From contig CAVQEA010000003.1 of assembly GCA_963711395.1 (NCBI GenBank), positions 209,447-273,446 on the forward strand: 64,000 bases of DNA. Reading direction: 5' to 3'. Shown here piece after piece: positions 35,189 to 44,825 of the stretch. The notes under the pieces were generated by a model that saw only the letters and a list, made by a program, of their open reading frames with translations, had not been told where the DNA came from and made no database searches. The position numbers were made by a program, and so were the translations under genes. Source of the DNA: an uncultured delta proteobacterium (GTDB lineage Bacteria; Desulfobacterota; Binatia; JACPRU01). Position 1 is the first letter of the stretch. Each line of letters starts with the position of its first letter.

Positions 35189-35830
35189 ATGCCGTCGATG
35201 TCGGTCCTGTTCTTCGATCTCGACAACACGTTGTACCCGCGCAGCCTCGGCGTGGTCTCACGGATCGATCGGCGCATCAACGAGTACCTCGAGCGGCGCG
35301 TCGGCATCCCGGCCACGGACGTCGATGCGTTGCGGCGCCGTTTTTGGGCCGAGCACGGCACCACGCTGCGAGGACTGACCATCAGCCACGCGGTCGATCC
35401 CGACGACTACCTCGCCTACGTGCACGACATCGAGCTCGAGGATCTCTTGGAGCCCGCCCCCGCGTTGCGCGAGCTCCTGGAATGCATTCGGGAACGCAAA
35501 GCGGTCTTCAGCAACGCTTCACGAGCCCACGCGGAGCGGGTGCTGCGACGGCTGGAGCTCGAGGGGTCGTTCGAGGTGATCATCGGTCTCGAAGACCTCG
35601 GCTATGTTCCGAAGCCGCAGCCCACGGCCTTTCGCGCGGCGCTCGACCGCCTCGGCGCCTGCGCCGAGGATTCCACGCTCATCGATGACCTGCATCCGAA
35701 CCTCGCGACCGCCAAGCGACTCGGGCTGGGAACGATCTGGGTGGGAGGCGAACGAGATCCTGGGGACGAAGCCGTCGACCACGTGGTGGCGGACATCTTC
35801 GGCATCGAACCCATCTTCCGCACCGCCTGA
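35189..35830 (+). CDS. HAD-superfamily hydrolase, pyrimidine 5'-nucleotidase-like
   Basis: FFDLDNTLYP motif I, SNA motif II, IDD motif near the C-terminus. ATG 35189 was chosen. Confidence 0.75.
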   Translation: MPSMSVLFFDLDNTLYPRSLGVVSRIDRRINEYLERRVGIPATDVDALRRRFWAEHGTTLRGLTISHAVDPDDYLAYVHDIELEDLLEPAPALRELLECIRERKAVFSNASRAHAERVLRRLELEGSFEVIIGLEDLGYVPKPQPTAFRAALDRLGACAEDSTLIDDLHPNLATAKRLGLGTIWVGGERDPGDEAVDHVVADIFGIEPIFRTA

Positions 35831-35836
35831 TCGCCG

Positions 35837-36991
35837 ATGTTCACAGGCTTCGGGCTCTACGTTCACATTCCCTACTGTCTTACCAAGTGCCCGTACTGCG
35901 ACTTCAACGTTCGCGCCGGGCGGTCGTGGCCAGAGACCCGTTACGTCGAGGCGCTGCGCGGCGAGATCGAGCACGCCGCACGAATCGCGCCGTTCGCGGG
36001 CAAGCGGCTCGAGACCATATTCGTCGGCGGCGGCACGCCGTCGCTCTTCTCGCCCGATTCGGTCGAGCGCGTGCTCGCGACGGCGCGCAGCCTGTTCGAG
36101 ACGGGGGACCTCCTCGAAGTTTCTCTCGAGACCACGCCTGATTCGATCAGGACATCGACGCTCGCCGGCTATCGCCAGGCCGGCGTCAATCGCCTGTCGA
36201 TCGGCATCGAGTCCTATCGGCCGGCGCTCTTGAAGCGACTTGGCCGGCTGCAGACCGCGGCACAGACGACGGAAGCCGTGTCCCTCGCGCGGCGCGGCGG
36301 CTTCGAGAACGTCAACGTCGACCTGATGTTCGCCGTCCCCGGGCAAACCCTCGCCGACTGGCGCCTCGATCTCGAGCGGGCGATCGAGGACGGCCCCGAG
36401 CACGTCTCCGCCTACAACCTGACCTACGAGGAAGGCACGCCCTTTTTCGCGCTGCGCGATTCGGGAGCGATCGTCCCGCTCGACGACGACGTCGAGGCCG
36501 CGATGTTCGAGGAAGCACGCGAGCGTCTGGGAGCAGCCGGCTACGTCGCCTACGAGGTATCGAACTACGCGCGTCCCGGCTTCGAGTCTCGTCACAACCT
36601 GAACTATTGGAGAGCGGGGGCCTATCTAGGTGTCGGCGCAGGCGCTCACTCCCACGAGCCCTGCGGCACGCGAGCGAGGCGATGGTCGAACGAGAAGGAC
36701 CCCGAGGCCTACCTCGCGCGCGTACGGGCCGGCGGCGTCGCCGTGGCGGCCGAGGAGCTGCTCGAAGCGCACAGCGCCGCGGGCGAGTTCGTGTTCCTCC
36801 ACTTGCGCACCCACGATGGACTCGCCGAGGAGAGCTTCACGGCCCGGTTCGGAACGACTCTCGAGGAGGTGTTCCCCGAGACGCGCCAGCTGCTCGGCGA
36901 CGGCTTGCTCGAGCGACGAGGGTCGGGGCGCATCGCACTCAGCCGCCGAGGACTGCTCCTGGCCGACGCGGTGTTCACGAGCTTCGTCTAG
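35837..36991 (+). CDS. hemW: Radical SAM heme chaperone HemW (HemN-like)
   Basis: LYVHIPYCLTKCPYCDF (CxxxCxxC), GGGTPS, HemN_C-like tail. Confidence 0.85.
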   Translation: MFTGFGLYVHIPYCLTKCPYCDFNVRAGRSWPETRYVEALRGEIEHAARIAPFAGKRLETIFVGGGTPSLFSPDSVERVLATARSLFETGDLLEVSLETTPDSIRTSTLAGYRQAGVNRLSIGIESYRPALLKRLGRLQTAAQTTEAVSLARRGGFENVNVDLMFAVPGQTLADWRLDLERAIEDGPEHVSAYNLTYEEGTPFFALRDSGAIVPLDDDVEAAMFEEARERLGAAGYVAYEVSNYARPGFESRHNLNYWRAGAYLGVGAGAHSHEPCGTRARRWSNEKDPEAYLARVRAGGVAVAAEELLEAHSAAGEFVFLHLRTHDGLAEESFTARFGTTLEEVFPETRQLLGDGLLERRGSGRIALSRRGLLLADAVFTSFV

Positions 36992-37056
36992 ACCTTCGCT
37001 CTAGTGGTCGGAATCGGTTATTGAGGAGGAGCACGTTCTCCTGTTACCTCCCGCCG

Positions 37057-39201
37057 ATGAACAACTCCCGCATTCCTTCGCGGATCGCTCGCATCGAAGA
37101 GCTCGCCTACAACTTGTGGTGGAGCTGGAACGCCGAGCCCCGCGCGCTGTTCGAGATGCTCGATCCCGCGCTTTGGGATGATACCGAGCACAACCCGGTC
37201 AAGCTCCTAAACGACATCCCGGCGCAGCACCTCGCCAAAGTGGCCGCCGACCCCGCGTTCCTCAAGCGATACGACGCCGTGATGCACGCCTTCGACGAGA
37301 TGCTGGAGGGCGGCGAGACGTGGTGCCCGAGAGAGCGGAGCGAGCTCGCGCAGCAGACGATCGCCTACTTTTCCGCGGAGTTCGGCCTGCACAACTCGCT
37401 GCCCATCTACAGCGGCGGTCTGGGTGTGCTCGCCGGCGATCATTGCAAGGAAGCGAGCGACCTTGGTGTGGCGCTCGTCGGGGTCGGGTTCATGTATCCG
37501 CGCGGCTACTTCCACCAGCGGATCTCGAGCTCGGGCTGGCAGGAGCAGGCCATCGAGGTCATCAACTGGGGAAATGCGCCGATCCGGCCGGTGCGAAACG
37601 CCGAGGGAAACCGGGTCCAAGTGGCCGTGGAATTCGCGGCGCGGGTGGTGCACGTCGCGGCGTACGAGGTTCGCCTCGGGCGCGTGCGTCTGTTGCTGCT
37701 CGACACCGACCTCGAGGCGAACGATCCGTGGGACCGTGAGACACCCGCCCGCCTCTACGGCGGCGACCAGCGCACGCGCATCGCTCAGGAGATCCTGCTC
37801 GGCGTCGGAGGCGTGCGCTTGCTGCGCGCCCTGGGGATCGAGCCGGTCATCTGGCACGCCAACGAAGGCCACGTCGCTTTCATGATCCTCGAGCGTTTGC
37901 GCGAGCTGCTCGTCGCCGGCACGTCCTTCGAGGATGCCCTGGCGCGGGTCCGCGCCGCCACGGTGTTCACGACGCACACGCCGGTCCCTGCGGGTCACGA
38001 CGCGTTTCCGTTTTCCCTGCTCGAAGACTCGCTGCGCGGGTATTGGGACGGCATCGAGCCGTTCAAGGAGCAATGCTTTGCCCTCGGTGAGAACGCCGAG
38101 CCTTGGGGCAAGAGCTTCAACATGACGGTGTTTTCGCTACGCTGCGCGGACCGCCGAAACGCCGTCAGCGAGCTCCACGCCAAGGTGTCGCGGCGCATGT
38201 GGCGGGGCATCTTCGACGACGGCAACGACGACGAGGTGCCGATCGAATCGGTGACCAACGGGGTGCACGTGCCGAGCTGGGTCGCGCCGCGTCTGCGCAC
38301 GCTACTCAGCCGCACGCTCGGACCCGACTGGCTCGCCCGGCACGACGATGCGGCGGTGTGGGAGGATCTGGCCAACGTACGCGACGACGAGCTCTGGCGC
38401 GTTCACCTTCAGCTCAAGCGGGCCTTCGTCGGTCTGATTCGCGAGCGGGCGCGGCTTCGCTGGATGCGCGGGCTCACAGAGCCTGCGCAACTGCTAGCGG
38501 CAGGCACGCTGCTCGACCCCGAAGCGCTCACCATCGGCTTCGCCCGCCGCTTCGCCACCTACAAGCGGGCAACGCTCATATTCCACGACGTGGATCGCCT
38601 GTTGCGCATGCTCGACGACCCCTGGCGACCGTTACAGATCGTCTTCGCCGGCAAGGCGCATCCGGCGGACGATCCCGGCAAGCACCTGATCCGCGAGGTC
38701 TACGAGCGAGCTATCGACCGCAAGCTCGGCGCGCGCATCGCCTTCGTCGACGACTACGACCTGCACGTCGCCAAAGCGATGGTGGCCGGCGTGGACGTGT
38801 GGATGAACACGCCGCGCCCGCCGATGGAGGCGTGCGGCACGAGCGGCCAGAAGGCGGGCCTGAACGGCGTGCCGCATCTCTCGGTCCTCGATGGGTGGTG
38901 GTACGAGGGCTATCGCGGCGGCAACGGCTGGTCGTTCGGCCCGGAGCGCCGTGAGGTCATCGAGCAAGACGACGCGCTCGATGCGGGAGAGCTCTACCGC
39001 GTTCTGTCCGAAGAGGTGATTCCGCTCTACTACGCCCGCGACTCGGACAATGTGCCACGCGGCTGGGTCGAGCTCATGAAGGAAGCGATGCGCTCCGTAG
39101 CGACGCGGTTTTCGGCTCGCCGCATGGTGAAGCAGTACGTCGACCAGCTCTACCTCCCGGCGCTGCGCGCCGCGGTGCCCGAGAAGCCGCCACGTGCCTG
39201 A
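37057..39201 (+). CDS. glgP: Alpha-glucan family phosphorylase (GT35)
   Basis: LAYNLWWSWN, YFSAEFGLHNSLPIYSGGLGVLAGDH, GTSGQKAGLNG (PLP-Lys region). ATG 37057. The track ORF 36607.. is a 5' artefact. Confidence 0.85.
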   Translation: MNNSRIPSRIARIEELAYNLWWSWNAEPRALFEMLDPALWDDTEHNPVKLLNDIPAQHLAKVAADPAFLKRYDAVMHAFDEMLEGGETWCPRERSELAQQTIAYFSAEFGLHNSLPIYSGGLGVLAGDHCKEASDLGVALVGVGFMYPRGYFHQRISSSGWQEQAIEVINWGNAPIRPVRNAEGNRVQVAVEFAARVVHVAAYEVRLGRVRLLLLDTDLEANDPWDRETPARLYGGDQRTRIAQEILLGVGGVRLLRALGIEPVIWHANEGHVAFMILERLRELLVAGTSFEDALARVRAATVFTTHTPVPAGHDAFPFSLLEDSLRGYWDGIEPFKEQCFALGENAEPWGKSFNMTVFSLRCADRRNAVSELHAKVSRRMWRGIFDDGNDDEVPIESVTNGVHVPSWVAPRLRTLLSRTLGPDWLARHDDAAVWEDLANVRDDELWRVHLQLKRAFVGLIRERARLRWMRGLTEPAQLLAAGTLLDPEALTIGFARRFATYKRATLIFHDVDRLLRMLDDPWRPLQIVFAGKAHPADDPGKHLIREVYERAIDRKLGARIAFVDDYDLHVAKAMVAGVDVWMNTPRPPMEACGTSGQKAGLNGVPHLSVLDGWWYEGYRGGNGWSFGPERREVIEQDDALDAGELYRVLSEEVIPLYYARDSDNVPRGWVELMKEAMRSVATRFSARRMVKQYVDQLYLPALRAAVPEKPPRA

Positions 39202-40270
39202 GGCGGGATCGCCGGCCGCGCCGGCCCTTCGCCCGCGGGTGCTTCGCTGGTACCGTCGTCATCGCCGCGATCTGCCGTGGCGAAAGACTCGCGACCCTTA
39301 CGCGATCTGGGTCGCCGAGACGATGCTCCAGCAGACACGCACCGAGACCGTGCTTCGCTACTTCGCTCGGTTCCTGCGACGCTTCCCGACGGTGGATGCG
39401 CTGGCGCGAGCGCCAGAGAGCGCGGTACTGACGTATTGGTCGGGCCTCGGATACTATTCGCGCGCACGGAACTTACACCGAGCCGCCCGGCGCATCGTCG
39501 CGGTGCATGCGAGCCAGGTGCCCGCCGACGCGCGCGCGCTTCGCGCGCTGCCGGGCGTGGGACGATACACGGCCGGCGCCGTCGCCAGCATCGCCTTCGG
39601 CCTCTGCGAACCGGTGCTCGACGGCAACGTCGCGCGTGTGCTCTCGCGTCTGTTCGGCGTGCGCGGCGACCCGCGCGCGAGCTCCGTGCAAGCGCGGCTC
39701 TGGAAGCTCGCGACCGGCCTGGTACACACCCGTGCACCCGGAGACTGGAACCAGGCATTGATGGAGCTCGGCGCCACGCTGTGCGCAGCGCGGAAGCCAA
39801 CCTGCGCGCGCTGCCCGATGCGCCGGGAGTGCGTCGCCCACCGCGCCGGCGCGGTCGACGTCATCCCCGGACGCGGGCGGCGGACGGTGACGCGACGGGT
39901 GCGCCGCTCCGCTCTCATCGTCGAGCGACGCGCCAAAGTACTGTTGATGCGGCGAGATACCGGCCGACTGCTGCGCGGGCTCTGGGAGTTTCCCGCGATC
40001 GAAGCCGCCGAGCGTGAGAACGGCGACACAGCGGCGCGGCGTCTGCTCGCCGAGCTCGGGATCCCCGGCACCCAACTGCGGTTTCAGGAACGCATCCGCC
40101 ACACGATCACGAATCGCAGAATCGAGACCATCGTGTTCCGCCTCCGGCTCGGCAGGGACGTCGCTCGCCCCGGGCCTTCGGCTCGCTGGTTTCGTCCGAG
40201 TGAGCTCCGCGGCGTGCCGCTTTCGTCCGTCGGCTTGCGCATCGCGGGAGGGCTGGGAGCGTCCCCCTGA
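39194..40270 (+). CDS. mutY: A/G-specific adenine DNA glycosylase
   Basis: RDLPWR..DPYAIWVAETMLQQT, GLGYYSRARNL, 4Fe-4S cysteines CxxxxxxCxxCPxxxxC, C-terminal NUDIX-like domain. GTG start overlaps the end of glgP. Confidence 0.85.
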   Translation: MPEAGSPAAPALRPRVLRWYRRHRRDLPWRKTRDPYAIWVAETMLQQTRTETVLRYFARFLRRFPTVDALARAPESAVLTYWSGLGYYSRARNLHRAARRIVAVHASQVPADARALRALPGVGRYTAGAVASIAFGLCEPVLDGNVARVLSRLFGVRGDPRASSVQARLWKLATGLVHTRAPGDWNQALMELGATLCAARKPTCARCPMRRECVAHRAGAVDVIPGRGRRTVTRRVRRSALIVERRAKVLLMRRDTGRLLRGLWEFPAIEAAERENGDTAARRLLAELGIPGTQLRFQERIRHTITNRRIETIVFRLRLGRDVARPGPSARWFRPSELRGVPLSSVGLRIAGGLGASP

Positions 40271-40323
40271 CGTGTGTGTTTCCCTACATGTATCGACGCG
40301 ATCTCAGCTCGCGAGCGAAGGAT

Positions 40324-40353
40324 TTGCGGCCGGTGACGCGCGTACCCTACAAT
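40324..40353 (+). promoter_or_regulatory. Candidate sigma70-type promoter for the plus-strand EPS arm (TTGCGG-N18-TACAAT)
   Basis: This is the only good -10 hexamer in the 150-nt gap between mutY and the GT2 gene. Confidence 0.25.
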
Positions 40354-40421
40354 CGTCAATCTAGGGCGAGGACGAGGCGAATCATCCCTCGTGCTCCACG
40401 AATCCAGGTAGGTGCCGTTCT

Positions 40422-41480
40422 TTGATGACGATCGCACGTGAGAGCGCAGGCAACGCCCGGCTCTCGGTCGTCGTGCCCGCCTACAACGGCGGAACGGCGC
40501 TGAGCGAGTGCCTCGCAGCGCTGCGAAGCTCCGTGGGACCTGACGACGAGGTGCTGGTGGTCGACGACGCCTCGACCGACGACACGGCGGCGCGAGCCGA
40601 GGCGTGCGGCTTTCGGGTCATTCGCCTGCCCCGCAGGCTCGGCCCCGCAGGGGCGCGCAACGAGGGAGCTCGGCGAGCCCGCGGCGACGTGCTGTTCTTC
40701 GTGGATGCGGACGTGGTGCTGGCAGCCGATGCGCTGGAGCGGGTCGCGGCGACCTTCGCGGACCCCACGATATCGGCGACGTTCGGGTCCTATGATTCAC
40801 GCCCTCGCGCCGCGGGCATCGTCTCTCAGTACCGCAACCTACTCCATCATTTCGTTCATCAGAACGGCAACTCCGAGGCCTCCACCTTTTGGGCGGGATG
40901 CGGGGCCGTGCGTCGCACAGCGTTCGCCGAGGTCGGCGGGTTCGACGAAGCCCGATATGACACCCCCTCGATCGAGGACATAGAGCTCGGCGGCCGGTTG
41001 CGCCGCGCTGGGCACCGCATCGTGCTCGACAAGCAGCTCCAGGGCACTCATCTAAAGCGGTGGACGCTGCGCTCGATGGTCGGCACCGATCTCTGGCGGC
41101 GGGCAATCCCGTGGTCGCGGCTGATCTTCGAGCGGAGCGAGTTTCCGACCGATCTCAATCTCAAAGCGGCGCAGCGCGCGAGCGTTGCATTGACGGGCCT
41201 CGCCGCGGTCTTCCTGGGGCTTGCCGCGTGGCGACCGGGATTTCTGCTCGCGGCGATCGCTGCCATCACCGGAGTGGTCGCGCTGAATCGGAGTCTCTTC
41301 GGCTTTCTGCTGCGCGAGCGCGGAGTCGCGTTCGCAGCATGGTGTTTGCCGCTTCACCTCCTCCACTACTTGTGCAGCGGGTTCGGCTTCGTTCTCACCC
41401 GTGTGGAACTGCTTCTTGCCGGCCGCTTGGCGACGGAGCCAGGTCTGAAGCCCGGACGATCGACGCCCGATGGGCGTTGA
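40422..41480 (+). CDS. Family 2 glycosyltransferase with C-terminal TM region
   Basis: LSVVVPAYNGG..., VLVVDDASTDDT, a DAD (DxD-type) motif within the conserved FFVDADVV segment, and hydrophobic C-terminal helices. Confidence 0.8.
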   Translation: MMTIARESAGNARLSVVVPAYNGGTALSECLAALRSSVGPDDEVLVVDDASTDDTAARAEACGFRVIRLPRRLGPAGARNEGARRARGDVLFFVDADVVLAADALERVAATFADPTISATFGSYDSRPRAAGIVSQYRNLLHHFVHQNGNSEASTFWAGCGAVRRTAFAEVGGFDEARYDTPSIEDIELGGRLRRAGHRIVLDKQLQGTHLKRWTLRSMVGTDLWRRAIPWSRLIFERSEFPTDLNLKAAQRASVALTGLAAVFLGLAAWRPGFLLAAIAAITGVVALNRSLFGFLLRERGVAFAAWCLPLHLLHYLCSGFGFVLTRVELLLAGRLATEPGLKPGRSTPDGR

Positions 41481-43299
41481 CGCGGCCAGGGCAGAGGGCA
41501 GCCCCAGCCCGGTGCCGAGTACGGACGAGGCGCGCGTGGACGTCGTCGTCATCGGCGGCGGCCCCGCGGGCCTCACGGCCGCCTACGAGCTCACCAAGGC
41601 ATCGCGCCGACCGATCGTAGTCGAAAAACAGCACCTCGTGGGAGGGCTGGCGCGCACGGAGGTGTACAAAGGCTTCCACTTCGACATGGGCGGGCATCGT
41701 TTCTTCACCAAAGCCTCAGAGGTGAAGACGCTGTGGCAAGAAGTGCTGGGCGACCAGTTCCTACGCCGACCGCGTCTCTCGCGCATCTACTATCGCAAGA
41801 AATTCTTCGACTACCCCTTGAAGCCCCTGAATGCGCTGAAAGGCCTCGGCCTCCTGGAGGGCATTCGCATCGGCCTCAGCTACCTGCGCTGGCAGGTCTT
41901 GCCTTACCGCCCCGAGGAAACGTTCGAGCAGTGGGTCACCAACCGCTTCGGTCGGCGTCTCTTCCTGACCTTCTTCAAGGCCTACACCGAGAAGGTCTGG
42001 GGAATTCCGTGCTCCGAGCTCAAAGCCGAATGGGCCGCACAGCGGATCAAGGACCTTTCGTTGAAAACGGCCTTGCTGAGCATGCTCTTCAAGCCGCGTA
42101 AGACCATCAAGACGCTCATCGAGGAGTTCGACTATCCGCGACTCGGGCCCGGAATGATGTGGAACGCGGTGAAGGAGGCGATCGAGCAGCACGATGGAAG
42201 GGTGATGGTCGATAGCGACGTCGTGCGTATCGAACGGTCGGGCAATCACCTCCGTCGCGTGATCGTGGCGCACAACGGAGCCGAGCAGCCGATCGCCGCC
42301 GAGCAGTTCCTATCGAGCATGCCGATCACGCAGTTCGTGCTGCGGCTCGACCCGCCGCCGCCGGCGGAGGTCACGGCGGCGGCCAAACGGCTCGCGTACC
42401 GCGATTTCCTCACCGTGTGTCTGATCGTCAACCAACCCGAGCTGTTTCCCGACAACTGGATCTACATTCAGGATCCCGAGGTGCAGGTCGGACGCATTCA
42501 GAACTTCAAGAACTGGAGCCCGGACATGGTCCCCGAGGCGAGCAAGTCCAGCCTCGGCCTGGAGTACTTCTGTACCGAAGGCGACCGACTGTGGAGCATG
42601 CCTGACGCCGAGCTGATCGAGCTCGGCAAGCGCGAGTTGGAGCAAATCGGGCTCGCGCACCGAAGCGACGTCGTCGACGGCTGCGTGTTCCGGGTCGAAA
42701 AAGCGTATCCGGTGTACGACTCGGACTATCAGGAGTATCTAGAGATCGTGAAGGACTTCGTTGCGGGCCTCGACAATTTCCAGACGGTCGGGCGCAACGG
42801 CCTACACCGCTACAACAACCAGGATCACGCGATGCTGACGGGGATGCTGGCCGTGCGCAACCTCCTCGAAGGCGAGCACAACGACCTGTGGAGCGTCAAC
42901 GCCGACCAGGAATACCTCGAAGAGATGGAGATTCCACGAGAGGCCGCCGCAGCCGTGGAATCCGCGATGAGCCAGGCGCTGGTACGGCTCGACCGCACGG
43001 CCTTCGGGCTTTCACTCGGCACGCTCGCGGGCATCGGTCTGTTCGCGGCGACCCTCATCCTCGTGCTGAAGGGCGGCCCGGTGGTCGGCACGAATCTGCG
43101 GCTTCTCGGGCATTTCTTCCCCGGTTACCGCGTCTCGTGGGGCGGCAGCCTGATTGGCCTCGTCTACGGATTCCTGACCGGCTTCGTTGGTGGATGGAGC
43201 TTCGCATTGCTACGCAACACTTCGGTGTTCCTCTACGTCACGACGATTCGGCGACGCGTCGAGCGACGCATGCTGCGCAAGATCTTCGAGTACGTCTGA
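41470..43299 (+). CDS. FAD/NAD(P)-binding oxidoreductase fused to a C-terminal two-helix membrane module
   Basis: VDVVVIGGGPAGLTAAYEL dinucleotide fold and DMGGHRFFTK. The C-terminal about 100 aa are hydrophobic (GYRVSWGGSLIGLVYGFLTGFVGG). Confidence 0.7.
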   Translation: MGVDAARAEGSPSPVPSTDEARVDVVVIGGGPAGLTAAYELTKASRRPIVVEKQHLVGGLARTEVYKGFHFDMGGHRFFTKASEVKTLWQEVLGDQFLRRPRLSRIYYRKKFFDYPLKPLNALKGLGLLEGIRIGLSYLRWQVLPYRPEETFEQWVTNRFGRRLFLTFFKAYTEKVWGIPCSELKAEWAAQRIKDLSLKTALLSMLFKPRKTIKTLIEEFDYPRLGPGMMWNAVKEAIEQHDGRVMVDSDVVRIERSGNHLRRVIVAHNGAEQPIAAEQFLSSMPITQFVLRLDPPPPAEVTAAAKRLAYRDFLTVCLIVNQPELFPDNWIYIQDPEVQVGRIQNFKNWSPDMVPEASKSSLGLEYFCTEGDRLWSMPDAELIELGKRELEQIGLAHRSDVVDGCVFRVEKAYPVYDSDYQEYLEIVKDFVAGLDNFQTVGRNGLHRYNNQDHAMLTGMLAVRNLLEGEHNDLWSVNADQEYLEEMEIPREAAAAVESAMSQALVRLDRTAFGLSLGTLAGIGLFAATLILVLKGGPVVGTNLRLLGHFFPGYRVSWGGSLIGLVYGFLTGFVGGWSFALLRNTSVFLYVTTIRRRVERRMLRKIFEYV

Positions 43300-43318
43300 C
43301 ACGTCGCGGGTGACTCCA

Positions 43319-43657
43319 ATGGCAGAGCAAGTCAAAGATCTCGAGCAAGTCCTCCTCTCCCGACTCCTACGACTGAATGCCACCGTGCAAGGACTGGTGG
43401 CCGGAACGATCTCGGGGCTTGCGATCTTCCTCGCAACCAACTGGCTGCTGATCAAGGGACCCGCGATTGGCCCCAATGGCGAAGCGGTGATGGGCCCGCA
43501 TCTGGGGTTGCTGTCGCAGTATTTCATCGGCTACCGGGTGAGCTTGCTCGGCAGTCTGATCGGTTTGGCCTACGGCTTCGCGCTCGGCTTCGCGGGCGGT
43601 TACTTCGTCGCCTGGCTGTACAACCGCATCGTCGAGCTGCGCGAAGGCGGCCGCTGA
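43319..43657 (+). CDS. Small two-helix membrane protein, paralog of the preceding gene's C-terminal module
   Basis: MAEQVKDLEQ...GLVAGTISGLAIFLATNWLLIKG...GYRVSLLGSLIGLAYGFALGFAGG aligns residue for residue with 41470-43299 aa about 500-590. Confidence 0.5.
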   Translation: MAEQVKDLEQVLLSRLLRLNATVQGLVAGTISGLAIFLATNWLLIKGPAIGPNGEAVMGPHLGLLSQYFIGYRVSLLGSLIGLAYGFALGFAGGYFVAWLYNRIVELREGGR

Positions 43658-43687
43658 GTGAGCGCCCCGCAAGGTTCTCGTACGACC

Positions 43688-44749
43688 ATGAAGGTCTTCA
43701 TCACCGGCGGAGCCGGCTTCATCGGCTGCCATCTTTCCGAACGGTTGCTCGAGCGCGGCGATCAAGTGATGGTGCTCGATGACCTTTCGACCGGGCAGAT
43801 GGACAATATCGCTCATTTGGTCGGCCGGGTCGGCTTCGACTATCGCATCGGCAGCGTGAGCGACGTTCCGCTGGTCGCCGAGCTCGTGGATCGCTGCGAT
43901 CTCACCGTGCATCTGGCCGCGGCGGTTGGCGTACGCCTGATCGTCGAAAAGCCGGTCCACACCATCGAGACCAACGTGCGCGGCACCGAGGTGGTATTGG
44001 GGGCGGCGGCGAAGAAGCAGAAACTCGTGGTTCTGGCTTCGACCTCGGAAGTGTACGGCAAGAGCTCGAAGATCCCGTTCAAGGAAGACGACGACCTCCA
44101 GCTCGGGCCCACCAGACACTCGCGCTGGGCATACGCCTGCTCCAAGGCGCTCGACGAATGGCTGGCGCTCGCCTACTGGCGCGAGAAGACGGTCCCGGTG
44201 ATCATCGTGCGATTCTTCAACACGGTCGGACCCCGGCAGACGGGACGCTACGGGATGGTGCTGCCGAACTTCGCGGGACAGGCGATACGGGGCGAGCCGA
44301 TTCGGGTGTTCGGCACAGGCACTCAGAGTCGTTGCTTCGGTCACGTCCGCGAATCAGTCGAAGCGCTGCTGCGTCTGATCGAGGTGCCGGCGGCGATCGG
44401 GGAAGTGGTGAACCTCGGCTCCGATCGCGAAGTCACGATCGGTCGGCTCGCCGAGATGGTGCGTGACTTCGTGGGCAGCTCGTCCGAAATCGTGCATGTC
44501 CCTTACGAAGAAGCCTACGCCGAGGGCTTCGAGGATCTCGAACGTCGGGTGCCCGACGTTCGCAAGCTCGAGCGACTCACTGGATTCCGTTTCTCGATCC
44601 CGCTCGAGCGAATCATCGAGGACGTCGTCGAGGATCAGCGCCGGCGGCTCGCCGCGCAGCAGCGCCGACCGCGGCTCGATCGAGCCGCCCGAGAGTCTGC
44701 ATCGCCGCCTCGCGTCCGAAATCGACGCGCGGCGCCGGCGCGTCGTTGA
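43688..44749 (+). CDS. NAD-dependent sugar-nucleotide epimerase/dehydratase (extended SDR)
   Basis: MKVFITGGAGFIGCHL and catalytic YACSK. It has an unusually basic Arg-rich C-terminal tail. Confidence 0.85.
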   Translation: MKVFITGGAGFIGCHLSERLLERGDQVMVLDDLSTGQMDNIAHLVGRVGFDYRIGSVSDVPLVAELVDRCDLTVHLAAAVGVRLIVEKPVHTIETNVRGTEVVLGAAAKKQKLVVLASTSEVYGKSSKIPFKEDDDLQLGPTRHSRWAYACSKALDEWLALAYWREKTVPVIIVRFFNTVGPRQTGRYGMVLPNFAGQAIRGEPIRVFGTGTQSRCFGHVRESVEALLRLIEVPAAIGEVVNLGSDREVTIGRLAEMVRDFVGSSSEIVHVPYEEAYAEGFEDLERRVPDVRKLERLTGFRFSIPLERIIEDVVEDQRRRLAAQQRRPRLDRAARESASPPRVRNRRAAPARR

Positions 44750-44825
44750 GCGACCGGAGCCGAGGAAGTGTGGCCGCAGAAGAGAAGATTGGGATGGTGG
44801 TGAACGTGGTGCGGGGTCACATCCC

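Noticed and set aside
40307-40316. 10-bp palindrome GCTCGCGAGC downstream of mutY
   Set aside because: It is self-complementary with no loop and is very short. There is no supporting second copy or adjacent promoter element.
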